From: Campylobacterota bacterium
Lineage (GTDB): Bacteria > Campylobacterota > Campylobacteria > Campylobacterales > Thiovulaceae
Direction of reading: 5' to 3'
Length of the DNA stretch: 64,000 bases
Assembly (NCBI GenBank): GCA_030152305.1
Contig: JASKOM010000001.1
Location: forward strand, 329,174-393,173
Each line of letters opens with the position of its first letter. Position 1 is the stretch's first letter. Below, one piece after another: positions 9,314 to 18,877 of this stretch. The notes beneath the pieces are model-generated. The model ran no database searches. It was given only the letters and a program-made list of their open reading frames with translations, and was not told the origin of the DNA. The position numbers and the translations under genes are program-made.

Positions 9314-9904
9314 ATGTTTAATATAGAAAATTTTAAAACTCAACCTTTAGAAGAGCCAAAATATGCTCTTCCTCTTAGAATTACATATACTCAAAACGGT
9401 GTTGATAAAAATTGGGAAGCCGTTAAAAGTCATAATAGTGTCGCTATTTTGCTTTATCATCGAGAAAAAGATGCCTTTTTAGTTGTTAAACAGTTTCGAC
9501 CTCCAGTTTATATGAATGATAAAAATAAATTAATGACTTGGGAACTTTGTGCTGGAATTATCGATAAAGATAAATCTATTGAAGAAATCGCTCAAGATGA
9601 AATTCTCGAAGAATGCGGTTTTCATGTTGATTTAAATAAAATCGAAAAAATTAGTGCTTTTTTTACAAGTGTTGGAATCACTGGTTCAAAACAGTTTTTA
9701 TTTTATGCTGAAATTGATGAAAGTATGAAAGTTAGTAACGGTGGCGGAATTAATGACGAAATGATAATTCTTGAATATTTACCAGTAAAAAATAGTCTCG
9801 AATTTATTTATGATGATAATTTTGCAAAAACCGCTGGATTAATGTTTGCTTTTATTTGGTTTCTAGAATATAAAAATAAAAAACAACCAATAATAATTAA
9901 TTAA
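9314..9904 (+). CDS. NUDIX hydrolase (UDP-sugar/ADP-sugar diphosphatase-like)
   Basis: 196 aa. Nudix-box-like segment ELCAGIIDKDKSIEEIAQDEILEECGF. Confidence 0.6.
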   Translation: MFNIENFKTQPLEEPKYALPLRITYTQNGVDKNWEAVKSHNSVAILLYHREKDAFLVVKQFRPPVYMNDKNKLMTWELCAGIIDKDKSIEEIAQDEILEECGFHVDLNKIEKISAFFTSVGITGSKQFLFYAEIDESMKVSNGGGINDEMIILEYLPVKNSLEFIYDDNFAKTAGLMFAFIWFLEYKNKKQPIIIN

Positions 9905-9976
9905 TTAAAAATTCTAGAATATCTTTAAGTTCTGTTTTGATAGGATTATATTAAATAAATTTAGAGGAAAAATTTA

Positions 9977-10363
9977 ATGCCAAAAATTAACCGATATGTT
10001 GATATTGACACTGTTGAACGAGAAGCTAGAAAAGATTATATTGATCGACATTCACCTTTTGTTTCAGTTAATGACGAAGCAAAAAAAGGTCAAAAACTTG
10101 CTGTAAAAGTTAAAGTTGGTAATGCATATTCTCATCCTGATGATTTTGATCATTATATTTCAAATGTTGCTTTATATAATGGCGAAACACTTCTTGCACG
10201 AGCTGATTTTGTTCCTGGAACTTTAGGTAACGAAAAAAGTCAAGTAGAAGTAATTTTTTATATTATTCCTAAATCAAACAAATTAACACTTGTTGCTCAA
10301 GCATATTGCACAAAACACGGTGTTTGGGAATCAGATCCTGTTATCGTAGAAGTTACTGAATAA
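9977..10363 (+). CDS. superoxide-reductase-like (desulfoferrodoxin ferrous-iron-binding domain) protein
   Basis: 128 aa. Has His ligand-like positions (DRHSP, HPDDFDHYI) and a C-terminal CTKHGVWES resembling the SOR C-x2-H motif. Confidence 0.5.
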   Translation: MPKINRYVDIDTVEREARKDYIDRHSPFVSVNDEAKKGQKLAVKVKVGNAYSHPDDFDHYISNVALYNGETLLARADFVPGTLGNEKSQVEVIFYIIPKSNKLTLVAQAYCTKHGVWESDPVIVEVTE

Positions 10364-10519
10364 TTAAAAAACTCTTTTAATCTCAAACAAAATACCTCGC
10401 CTGAACTTCATCAGAGCGAGATCTTAATAAAAATATTTTTTTATTAATTCTTAAAAATTATCCTGTTTCCAAAAAGTAATTATAATTCGATATCAAAAAT
10501 TTTTGGAGGTTCAACTCGG

Positions 10520-12262
10520 GTGTTTTTAAGAATACTCTTTTTTGCCATTTTAGGCTATATTCTTGTCAGTTTTGACAATATTCAAACTATCGTAGCAGGT
10601 ATTGCTATTTTTATCGTCGGTATGTTTTTTATGGAAGAAGGTTTCAAAAATTTTGCTGGTGGAACTATGCAAAATATTTTACGAAACTGGACAAATTCTA
10701 CTCCAAAAGCAATTGCAACAGGTTTTATTGCAACAACGGCTGTTCAAAGTTCTTCTCTTTTAAGTTTAATTATTATCTCGTTTTTATCAGCTGGAATATT
10801 AACTTTAACTCAAAGTGTTGGTGTTATTTTTGGTTCTAATATCGGAAGCACAACAACGGCATGGATCGTTTCGTTATTAGGTGTAAAAATTGATATCGCT
10901 CATTATGCTTATATGATTGTTGTTTTTGGTGTAGCTTCTAAATTTATAAAAGGCAAAACTGCTCAAGGTGTCGGCGATGCTTTATTAGGTATCGGTTTTG
11001 TATTTTTAGGAATCGACTTAATGAAAGATGGTTTCGAAAGTATGAAAGAAGGCATTAATTTAGCTCAATATCATATCGATGGCATTCTTGGAGTTATAAC
11101 TTATGTTTTTGTCGGAATCATTATTACGATAGTTATTCAAAGTAGTGCTGCGACAATGACACTTGTAATCGTTGCTATTTCTTCTGGACAAATTCAATAT
11201 ATTGACGGTGTTGCTCTTGCAATTGGTGCAAATATCGGAACAACGATTACGGCTGTAATTGGTGCAATTGGTTCAAATGCTGATGGCAAACGATTGGCTC
11301 TTATTCACTTCTCTTTCAATGTCGTTACGGCTATTATTGTTGTAATTTTAATTAATCCTGTTATGTCAATAGTTGATATGTTAGCTCCAATGATCGGAAT
11401 TGGAAATACAGATTTAGCCATGAAAATTTCTCTTTTTCATACTGTGTTTAATATAACTGGTGTATTAATTTTATCTCCGTTTATTCCATATTTTGTAAAA
11501 ATATTAGAAAATAGTTTTAATGATCCAAAATTAAAAAATGGACAACCAAAATATTTAAATATGCAACTTATCGATACTCCTGTTACGGCAATTACTGGAA
11601 TTAAAAAAGAAAGCGAACATTTATATCACAATAGTCTTGAAATAATTATTCACGGTTTATCGCTTCATCGAAAAGATGTTTTTTCAGATAAAGCTATTCA
11701 ACAAATTATTTCTGAATCTAAAAAACCAATTGAAATTGACATCGATCGAATGTATCAAGTTACAGTTAAAAGTTTATACGGCGAAATAATTAAATATTCG
11801 TCATTGGCTCAAGAAAAAATGGCTGTTGCTGATTCGAAATATATTTATTCGTTAAAAATCGTTAATCGTGGAATGGTTCGAGCTATTAAAGACATCGAAA
11901 AAATTCAAGAAAACATGAATACATTTATTAATCACGAAAATAATTATGTCCGTCATGAATATAATTTTTTACGAGAAAAAATTATAAAAATATTGCGAGA
12001 GTTAAAACAAGTCAAAGAAAGTAAAAATTTTACTGAATCGCTTTTAGCTATCGAAATTCTTAAAGGTGAAATGGCTGATATTGACATTATTGCAAATGGT
12101 CGTCTTGATGGAATGATTCGAGCAGGTCAAGTTGATACAAAAATGGCAACTTCATTAATTAACGACAGTATTTATATTTATAATGTCGCTAATCGATTAT
12201 TAGAATTCGCTGAAACAGTTTGGGCAGACAACGAAATTCTTCGAGAATATAATAATAATTAA
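10520..12262 (+). CDS. Na/Pi cotransporter family protein with PhoU-like C-terminal region
   Basis: 580 aa with a GTG start. Duplicated TAxxQSSSA-type segments (TTAVQSSSLLSLIII; IVIQSSAATMTLVI) in a polytopic N-terminal half, followed by a soluble helical C-terminal half. Confidence 0.75.
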   Translation: MFLRILFFAILGYILVSFDNIQTIVAGIAIFIVGMFFMEEGFKNFAGGTMQNILRNWTNSTPKAIATGFIATTAVQSSSLLSLIIISFLSAGILTLTQSVGVIFGSNIGSTTTAWIVSLLGVKIDIAHYAYMIVVFGVASKFIKGKTAQGVGDALLGIGFVFLGIDLMKDGFESMKEGINLAQYHIDGILGVITYVFVGIIITIVIQSSAATMTLVIVAISSGQIQYIDGVALAIGANIGTTITAVIGAIGSNADGKRLALIHFSFNVVTAIIVVILINPVMSIVDMLAPMIGIGNTDLAMKISLFHTVFNITGVLILSPFIPYFVKILENSFNDPKLKNGQPKYLNMQLIDTPVTAITGIKKESEHLYHNSLEIIIHGLSLHRKDVFSDKAIQQIISESKKPIEIDIDRMYQVTVKSLYGEIIKYSSLAQEKMAVADSKYIYSLKIVNRGMVRAIKDIEKIQENMNTFINHENNYVRHEYNFLREKIIKILRELKQVKESKNFTESLLAIEILKGEMADIDIIANGRLDGMIRAGQVDTKMATSLINDSIYIYNVANRLLEFAETVWADNEILREYNNN

Positions 12263-12285
12263 AAAATAAATCTTCTTTTTCTTCT

Positions 12286-12316
12286 ACCTCATCGATAATA
12301 TTTTTTTCGATGAGGT
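12286..12316 (+). terminator. perfect 10-bp inverted repeat hairpin built from two copies of the over-represented motif
   Basis: ACCTCATCGA (12286-12295), an 11-nt loop, then TCGATGAGGT (12307-12316), 24 nt after the transporter stop. There is no clear T-tract after the stem, so terminator function is uncertain. Confidence 0.45.
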
Positions 12317-12411
12317 TAATAATCTCCAATACAATTCTTAATATTTATAATTTGTAAAAATATTTTTTGTTTTTATAATATGTTATATTCTCAAAAAATC
12401 TTTAGGACAAA

Positions 12412-13215
12412 ATGATAAACGAAAATTTAAAACAAATTATTTTAGAAGCTGGTGAAATTCTCAAAACTGGTTTTTATAGTGAAAAACAAATTAATTTTAA
12501 AGGCAAAGTTGATTTAATTACAGAATACGATTTGAAAATTGAACTGTTTTTAAAAGAAAAGCTAGTAAAAATATATCCAGATTTTGAAATTATTGGTGAA
12601 GAAACAGCAGTGAATTTTTCTACATCGTCGAAAAAAATTTATATCGATCCAATCGATGGAACAACGAATTTCGTTCATTCACTTCCGTTTGTAGCTATTT
12701 CAATTGGTTTTTGGGTTAATAACGAACCGATTGAAGGCATTGTTTATAATCCAATTATGAATGAGTTTTTTTATGCAAAAAAAGATTTTGGTGCTTTTTT
12801 AAACGATAAAAAATTATCGATTTCGAATCGTCGAGAACTTCAAAATAGTTTGATTTCAACAGGTTTTCCATATTCAAAAACAGAAAAAGGTGCTGATTAT
12901 TTATGGACAATTAAAATATTTGAAACTATTTTGCCTGTAACTCGTGATGTTCGTCGCTACGGTTCAGCTTCTCTTGATCTTTCGTATATTGCTTCAGGTC
13001 GATACGACGGCTATTTTGAATTAAATCTAAAACCATAGGATGTTTCAGCTGGAATTCTTATTGTTCTAGAATCAGGCGGAAAAATATCAAATCATCTTGG
13101 ACATAAATATGTTATCGAACAAGACAGAGTTATTGTTGCATCAAATGGTCATATTCATAACGAATTAATAAATATTATAAAAAAAGAAAAAGAATTATTA
13201 ATCGAATCATTTTGA
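12412..13215 (+). pseudogene. inositol monophosphatase family gene (SuhB/CysQ-like) with in-frame TAG
   Basis: ORF 12412..13038 (EETA, IDPIDGTTNF motifs) stops at TAG 13036-13038. The frame continues as DVSAGILIVLESGGK... to TGA 13213-13215. The TAG sits where the family has the conserved Trp of the W-D-x-A-A-G motif (TGG to TAG). Confidence 0.7.
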
Positions 13216-13247
13216 TAAAATGAATAAAATTTTTATAAGGAAAATGT

Positions 13248-14042
13248 TTGTCGAAAATATTAGATGAAATAATCGAAAAAACTTTAAAAGATGTTCGTGT
13301 TCGTGAAAAGAAATTTCCAGAAGAGTGGCTTGGTCGAAGTTTGGCTTTTAATCCGTATGTTCCTCGAGATGTGAAAAAGTTTTTGCAACGAACAGACGAC
13401 GAGCCAATTAGAATTATTGCTGAAATCAAAAAATCAAGTCCAAGCAAAGGCTTAATTCGAGCTGATTTTGATCCTATTAATATCGCTCAAGCTTATGAAA
13501 AAGGCGGGGCGAATATGCTTTCTGTTCTTACAGAACCTCATTATTTTGGCGGAAATATCGAATATTTAACTCAAGTTCGTCGATATTCGGCTCTTCCTAT
13601 TTTGCGAAAAGATTTCATCGTAACTAAATATCAAATCTTAGAAGCTCTTGTTTATGGTGCAGATATTATTTTATTAATCGCAAAAGCTTTGTCTCGATCA
13701 GAATTAACAGATTTATATGAATATGCTCTTCATTTGGGTTTAAATGTTCTTGTTGAAATTCATGACAAAAGCGATTTAATTAAAGCTTCGTTTGCAGGTG
13801 CTGACATAATTGGCATTAATCACAGAAATCTTGATACTTTTGAAATGGACATGAATTTATCTAAGAATTTAATTCCGTCTATACCAAATGGCAAAATTAT
13901 AGTTGCAGAAAGCGGTTTGACAAATCATGAACAATTAATCGAATTAAGTAAAATTGGTGTTGATGCTTTTTTAATTGGCGAACATTTTATGCGACAAGAT
14001 AATTTAATTGATGCTGTTAAAAAAATAAAATTTGGAGAATAA
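13248..14042 (+). CDS. trpC: indole-3-glycerol phosphate synthase
   Basis: 264 aa with a TTG start and AAGGA upstream. Contains [25 protein letters not shown] and ILRKDFI motifs. Confidence 0.88.
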   Translation: MSKILDEIIEKTLKDVRVREKKFPEEWLGRSLAFNPYVPRDVKKFLQRTDDEPIRIIAEIKKSSPSKGLIRADFDPINIAQAYEKGGANMLSVLTEPHYFGGNIEYLTQVRRYSALPILRKDFIVTKYQILEALVYGADIILLIAKALSRSELTDLYEYALHLGLNVLVEIHDKSDLIKASFAGADIIGINHRNLDTFEMDMNLSKNLIPSIPNGKIIVAESGLTNHEQLIELSKIGVDAFLIGEHFMRQDNLIDAVKKIKFGE

Positions 14043-14048
14043 AAATTA

Positions 14049-15032
14049 ATGAAAAATCGATTAGTTAGCGGAATGCGACCAACTGGAAAATTACATTTGG
14101 GTCATTATGTCGGAGTTCTTGAAAAATGGAAAGATTTGCAAAATTCACGAGATAGTCTGTTTTTTGTTGCTGATTGGCATGCACTTTCAACAAGTTATGA
14201 AGATCGTTTAAATTTAAAAAATTTATCGATTGATCTTGTTCGAGATTGGATTTCAAGTGGAATTGACCCAGAAAAAGCTTCGTTGTTTATTCAAAGTCAA
14301 GTAAAAGAACATGCTGAATTATATTTAATATTAAATATGATTACTCCGTTGGGTTGGCTTGAACGAAATCCGACTTATAAAGATCAGCTTCAGCAATTAT
14401 CAGGCAAAGATATTAATAGTGCTGGTTTTTTAACTTATCCTGTTTTACAATCGGCTGATGTTTTATTATACGATGCAATCGAAGTCCCAATCGGTGAAGA
14501 TCAACGACCTCATCTAGAAATTTCTCGTGAAATCGCAAGACGATTTAATTTTTTATACGGTTCAAATATTTTTATTGAGCCAAAAGAAGTTTTAAGTGAA
14601 ACTTCAAAATTAAATGGGCTTGACGGTCGAAAAATGAGCAAAAGTTACGGAAACAGTATTTATTTGTCTGATAATAAAGATGAAGTTTTAATTAAATTAA
14701 AAGCTGGAAAAACTGACCCAAATCGAATTAAAAAAACTGATTTAGGAAATCCCGAAGTTTGTATTATTTTTTCGTATCATAAAGAATTTTCAAATATCGA
14801 TGAGGTAAATGAAATTGCTGAAAGTTGCAAAACTGGAAAAATAGGTTGTGTTGATTGCAAAAAAAGATGTTCTGTTTCGATAAATAATTTGCTTGAACCA
14901 ATGCGAGAACGACAAATTAATTTAAATGATAATTATATTATTGATGTTATAGAAAATGGCAAAAATCGAGCAAGTCAAATTGCAAAAAATAAAATGAACG
15001 AAATAAATAAAATAGTTTTTGATGGAAAATAA
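14049..15032 (+). CDS. trpS: tryptophan--tRNA ligase
   Basis: 327 aa. HIGH-type GKLHLGHYVG, KMSKS (GRKMSKSYGN), and the GEDQRPHLEISREIA segment. Confidence 0.9.
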   Translation: MKNRLVSGMRPTGKLHLGHYVGVLEKWKDLQNSRDSLFFVADWHALSTSYEDRLNLKNLSIDLVRDWISSGIDPEKASLFIQSQVKEHAELYLILNMITPLGWLERNPTYKDQLQQLSGKDINSAGFLTYPVLQSADVLLYDAIEVPIGEDQRPHLEISREIARRFNFLYGSNIFIEPKEVLSETSKLNGLDGRKMSKSYGNSIYLSDNKDEVLIKLKAGKTDPNRIKKTDLGNPEVCIIFSYHKEFSNIDEVNEIAESCKTGKIGCVDCKKRCSVSINNLLEPMRERQINLNDNYIIDVIENGKNRASQIAKNKMNEINKIVFDGK

Positions 15033-15035
15033 AAT

Positions 15036-16376
15036 ATGGCTTCTCAAATAATTGATATTGAAAATATGTTTAATAAACGACTTGGCGAACTAAATGTTGT
15101 TTTTCGTCCGCTAACTATTGAAACTATTCAGCTTGGCAGACTTGTCGCTTTTGAACTTGTTAAAGATGCCGATGGCATCAGATTTTATACTTCAACTAAT
15201 ATTCAAGAAGAATTAGGCTATTCGTTAGAAGAATTTTATCTCGATGTTAAAGTTAAAGACTTTTTGGATTTTGAAACTTTCTCGTCGATTATTTCTAAAT
15301 TTGATAAACATGTTAAAAAAATGGAAACCGATTTTATTGATGAATTCAAATTTAAAGATAGTTTCGGTGAAATTCGTTGGGGACATTTATATGTAAATAT
15401 ACAATATCAACGAAGAAGTTGGTCTTCTTTATCAGGCTATGCTCTTGATATAACTAATAAAAAAGTAGAAGAAGAAAAACATAAAGAAGATAAAGCTCAT
15501 CTTGAACGATTGAATAGTTATATCGAAATGCGAATTTCTGATGAGGTCGAACGACGAATGATTCAAGAAAAAATCAGTGAAGCTTCTAAACGACATGTTG
15601 CTGTTAGTGAAACCGTTGAAAAAATTGCTCATCAATGGCGACAACCTTTAAATATAATTTCCTTGCTTTTACAAGATCTTTATTTTAAATTAAATCTCGG
15701 TAATTTATATCCAAAAGGGGAACATGATGCCGAAGTTATTAAAAGTTTATTTTTAACTAAATATAACGAAGTTTATGAAAAAACAAATAATTATATTCAG
15801 TATCTTTCTGAAACTGTTGATGATTTTCGAAAACAGATCTCTCGCAAAGACGAAGAACGAGAATATTTTAATATTAAAGAATTTTTTGATGAAATAGAAG
15901 AATTCGTTGGTCCTTCGTTGGATCGAGGCAAAATCAAATTTGTTAATAATATTCGTTTTGATTATATCGAATTGCACGGTGTTAGAAATAATTTAAAACA
16001 AAGTGTTATTAATGTTATTCATAATGCTTTTGATATTTTTCGAGAAAGAAATATTAATAATCGAGAATTAATCGTTGGTGCATATTTTAATCAACTAAAT
16101 AGAATCGTTATTACTATTGTAGATAATGCAGGTGGAATTCCAAAAGATATTGTTTCGAAAATATTTGATCCATATTTCACAACAAGACATGAAACTCAAG
16201 GCACTGGTTTAGGTTTATATATGTCTCGTGAAATGATTCAACGAGGTTTTGATGGAAATATTTTTGCTTTTAATAGATCTACTTGTTCAAGTTGTCGTGA
16301 AAATTGTTCATCTCGAGAATTAAAGCGAGATGGTGCCTGTTTTTCAATCGAAATCCCTAAATATAAAGAAATATAA
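15036..16376 (+). CDS. sensor histidine kinase (cytoplasmic, PAS-like N-terminus)
   Basis: 446 aa. H-box IAHQWRQPLN, N-box VINVIHNAFD, and G-boxes DNAGGIP and GTGLGLYMS. There is an unusual Cys-rich insertion near the C-terminus. Confidence 0.75.
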   Translation: MASQIIDIENMFNKRLGELNVVFRPLTIETIQLGRLVAFELVKDADGIRFYTSTNIQEELGYSLEEFYLDVKVKDFLDFETFSSIISKFDKHVKKMETDFIDEFKFKDSFGEIRWGHLYVNIQYQRRSWSSLSGYALDITNKKVEEEKHKEDKAHLERLNSYIEMRISDEVERRMIQEKISEASKRHVAVSETVEKIAHQWRQPLNIISLLLQDLYFKLNLGNLYPKGEHDAEVIKSLFLTKYNEVYEKTNNYIQYLSETVDDFRKQISRKDEEREYFNIKEFFDEIEEFVGPSLDRGKIKFVNNIRFDYIELHGVRNNLKQSVINVIHNAFDIFRERNINNRELIVGAYFNQLNRIVITIVDNAGGIPKDIVSKIFDPYFTTRHETQGTGLGLYMSREMIQRGFDGNIFAFNRSTCSSCRENCSSRELKRDGACFSIEIPKYKEI

Positions 16377-16381
16377 ATTAT

Positions 16382-18061
16382 ATGAACACCTCTATCATTC
16401 TGATTATTATTCTAATTATTATTCTAATTATTTTTATCGTTTCGATTTATCACAGAACTAATAAACAATTTCGAGAACAACGAGATAAGTTAAAAGAACT
16501 TGTTGATGTTTTTGATAAAAATATAATCATGTCCGAAACAGATTTGTACGGTCGAATTACTTATGTCAGTGAAGCTTTTATACAAATTAGCGGTTTTTCT
16601 CATGAAGAATTAATTGGAAAACCTCATCGAATCGTTCGACATGAACATATGCCAAAAGAAGCTTTTAAAGATTTATGGGAAACAGTTCAAAGTGGTAAAA
16701 CATGGAATGGAGAGGTAAAAAATAAACGAAAAGATGGTTCTAACTATTGGGTAAAAAGTTCCGTTTCACCAAAATTGAAAAAAGGCAAAATAATCGGATA
16801 TACATCGATTAGGTCAGATATAACTGCTCAAAAAGTTTCGGAAGAACTTACAAAAGATAATATCGAAAAACAGAAATTTCTAGGTCGATTAATCGATTCT
16901 CTTGAACAAATTGTTGTTGTTACAAACGGTTTAAAAATAAATCAAGTTAATCAAAAGTTTCTTGAATTTTTTGAAATAAAAAATTTAGAAGAATTTAGCA
17001 AACATGGTTTTAATTGTATTTGTGATGTCTTTGAAGGAGATCCGAAAAGTTATATTCAAAAAAAAATAGATGGAACTGATTGGACAGATTATATTTTAAC
17101 TCATCGAGATCAAGAAAATAGTGTTCAAATTTCTCGTCATGACATTGTTCATATTTTTGCCGTAACTGTTACAGCTGTTTTTCATGAAGGCGAAATTAAA
17201 TATGTTGCTATTTTTTCTGATATTACTGAACGAGAAAAACGAGAACGAGAACTTTTAGAAAAACAGAAAATTATTAGCGATTCGCTTACTTATGCTTCAT
17301 ATATTCAAAATGCAATTTTGCCTGATGGTAATTTAAATAATCTGTTTTTTAAAGATAGCTTTTTTTTATGGGAACCTCGAGAATCTGTCGGTGGCGACAT
17401 ATTTTTTATCGATGCATTATCAAGCGATGAGGTGTTATTAATCGTTGCTGATTGCACAGGTCATGGAGTTCCGGGGGCTTTTATTACGATGTTAATTAAA
17501 GCAATTCAGAAACAATTATTAACAGATATTCGCGACGGAATAATTAATCAATCAAAAACTGGTGAAATTCTTTCATATTTTAACCGTGAAATTAAATTAT
17601 TATTAAATCAGGTTGATGGAAAAGTTAGCACAACAAATGTAGGTTTTGATGGAGGAGTCTTTTATTATAATCGAAGTCATGATTTTATAAGCTATTCTGG
17701 AGCGGAAACTCCGCTATTTTATGTCGAATCTGGAACAGTAAAAATGATAAAAGGAGACCGCCAATCAATTGGTTATACAGTCAGCGATGCAAATTTTATT
17801 TTTAAAGAACATTCGTTTTTTACTGGAAAAGTAAATCAATTTTATATTTCGACTGACGGTTTTTATGATCAAGTTGGAGGAGCGAAAAAATTAATGTTCG
17901 GTAAGAAAAAATTACTTGCAATGATCGAAGAACACAAAGATAAACATATGCTTCAACAAAGAGAAATTTTTCATGAAATATTAGTAACTCATCAAGGCAA
18001 ACATGATCGACTTGATGATGTAACTTTTATTGGATTGAAAGTTTTTAATCCCAATATTTAA
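16382..18061 (+). CDS. membrane-anchored PAS domain / PP2C (SpoIIE-type) phosphatase
   Basis: 559 aa. N-terminal TM helix, a PAS S-box (GRITYVSEAFIQISGFSHEELIGKPHRIVRHEHMP...NGEVKNKRKDGSNYWV), and a C-terminal SpoIIE-like region (VGGDIFFID...VADCTGHGVPGAF...DDVTFIGL). Confidence 0.75.
   Translation: MNTSIILIIILIIILIIFIVSIYHRTNKQFREQRDKLKELVDVFDKNIIMSETDLYGRITYVSEAFIQISGFSHEELIGKPHRIVRHEHMPKEAFKDLWETVQSGKTWNGEVKNKRKDGSNYWVKSSVSPKLKKGKIIGYTSIRSDITAQKVSEELTKDNIEKQKFLGRLIDSLEQIVVVTNGLKINQVNQKFLEFFEIKNLEEFSKHGFNCICDVFEGDPKSYIQKKIDGTDWTDYILTHRDQENSVQISRHDIVHIFAVTVTAVFHEGEIKYVAIFSDITEREKRERELLEKQKIISDSLTYASYIQNAILPDGNLNNLFFKDSFFLWEPRESVGGDIFFIDALSSDEVLLIVADCTGHGVPGAFITMLIKAIQKQLLTDIRDGIINQSKTGEILSYFNREIKLLLNQVDGKVSTTNVGFDGGVFYYNRSHDFISYSGAETPLFYVESGTVKMIKGDRQSIGYTVSDANFIFKEHSFFTGKVNQFYISTDGFYDQVGGAKKLMFGKKKLLAMIEEHKDKHMLQQREIFHEILVTHQGKHDRLDDVTFIGLKVFNPNI
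16409..16432 (+). repeat. tandem 12-nt repeat (attctaattatt x2) inside the TM-helix codons
   Basis: Two exact adjacent copies encode the ILIIILIIILII stretch. Confidence 0.6.
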
Positions 18062-18109
18062 ATCAAAAGCATAAAATATTTTAAATATTGGTTATTGTTA
18101 AAATATATT

Positions 18110-18400
18110 TTATTTTTGTCTTTGCCAAGAAGCCAAGCTTCTAATTTTTCTTTTTCCAGATTCGATTAATTCATCTTTTCTTTCGTTGTCAATATTAAAT
18201 TTTGCAACAACATCATCGTTATTTTCTTTGCGATTGACATAAATATATAAAAGAACCTTTAATTCTTTTTTTGTCAATCGACGGCGAAGTTCTAAGCGAA
18301 GTTCTTCAGCACTTAATGGAACAGTTATAAACTGTGCATCAACTATAAATTCTATAAATTTAAGATAATCTATCTCTTTTTCTTCTGGTTCCAAATTCAT
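18110..18400 (-). CDS. hypothetical protein
   Basis: 96-aa ORF 10 nt downstream of the GNAT gene on the same strand. No motif recognised. Confidence 0.4.
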   Translation of the reverse strand: MNLEPEEKEIDYLKFIEFIVDAQFITVPLSAEELRLELRRRLTKKELKVLLYIYVNRKENNDDVVAKFNIDNERKDELIESGKRKIRSLASWQRQK

Positions 18401-18409
18401 TTTTCCTTT

Positions 18410-18868
18410 TTATTTTTTATTAAAACATTTGAACATTCGATAAGCTCCGACATTATCTGGATAATAATTATGAATTTCTTTCCAAATGATATAGCCCATA
18501 TTTTTATATCTTCGAAACAAAGCTTTATTATCTTGACGAATTTCAAGAATAACAGTATCAAAATTTCGTTCTTTTGCCGAATCTTCAATTTTTTTAAATA
18601 ACTCTTTGGCATATTCACCAGTTTGATATTCTCGTAAAACAGCCAATGAATTAAACCAAATAGCATGATTATTTACATCGATGCCGAGTGCATAACCGAC
18701 TATTTCATTATTGTCATTTAATGACAAAAAAAACTTTGTCGAATTTTTGTTCAACAATTTTTTTATATCATCTCGACTCAAACGGAAATAAATCGATTCG
18801 TCAAACATTTTATTTTCTATATTTAATATTGCTTCTAAATCATCTTTTTGAGCTAATCTAATTAACAT
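18410..18868 (-). CDS. GNAT family N-acetyltransferase
   Basis: 152 aa. The layout IRLAQKDDLEAILNIE...VGYALG...LAVLREYQTGEYAKELF is typical of RimI-like GNAT proteins. Confidence 0.7.
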   Translation of the reverse strand: MLIRLAQKDDLEAILNIENKMFDESIYFRLSRDDIKKLLNKNSTKFFLSLNDNNEIVGYALGIDVNNHAIWFNSLAVLREYQTGEYAKELFKKIEDSAKERNFDTVILEIRQDNKALFRRYKNMGYIIWKEIHNYYPDNVGAYRMFKCFNKK

Positions 18869-18877
18869 AATAATAAG

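Noticed and set aside
2216-13038. Alternative genetic code or stop-codon reassignment as an explanation for the in-frame TAA (2216-2218) and TAG (13036-13038)
   Set aside because: TAA terminates most genes here, and TAG terminates amt and rnpA at the positions expected from family length. TGA also ends genes (DHH protein, IMPase tail). The standard code fits.
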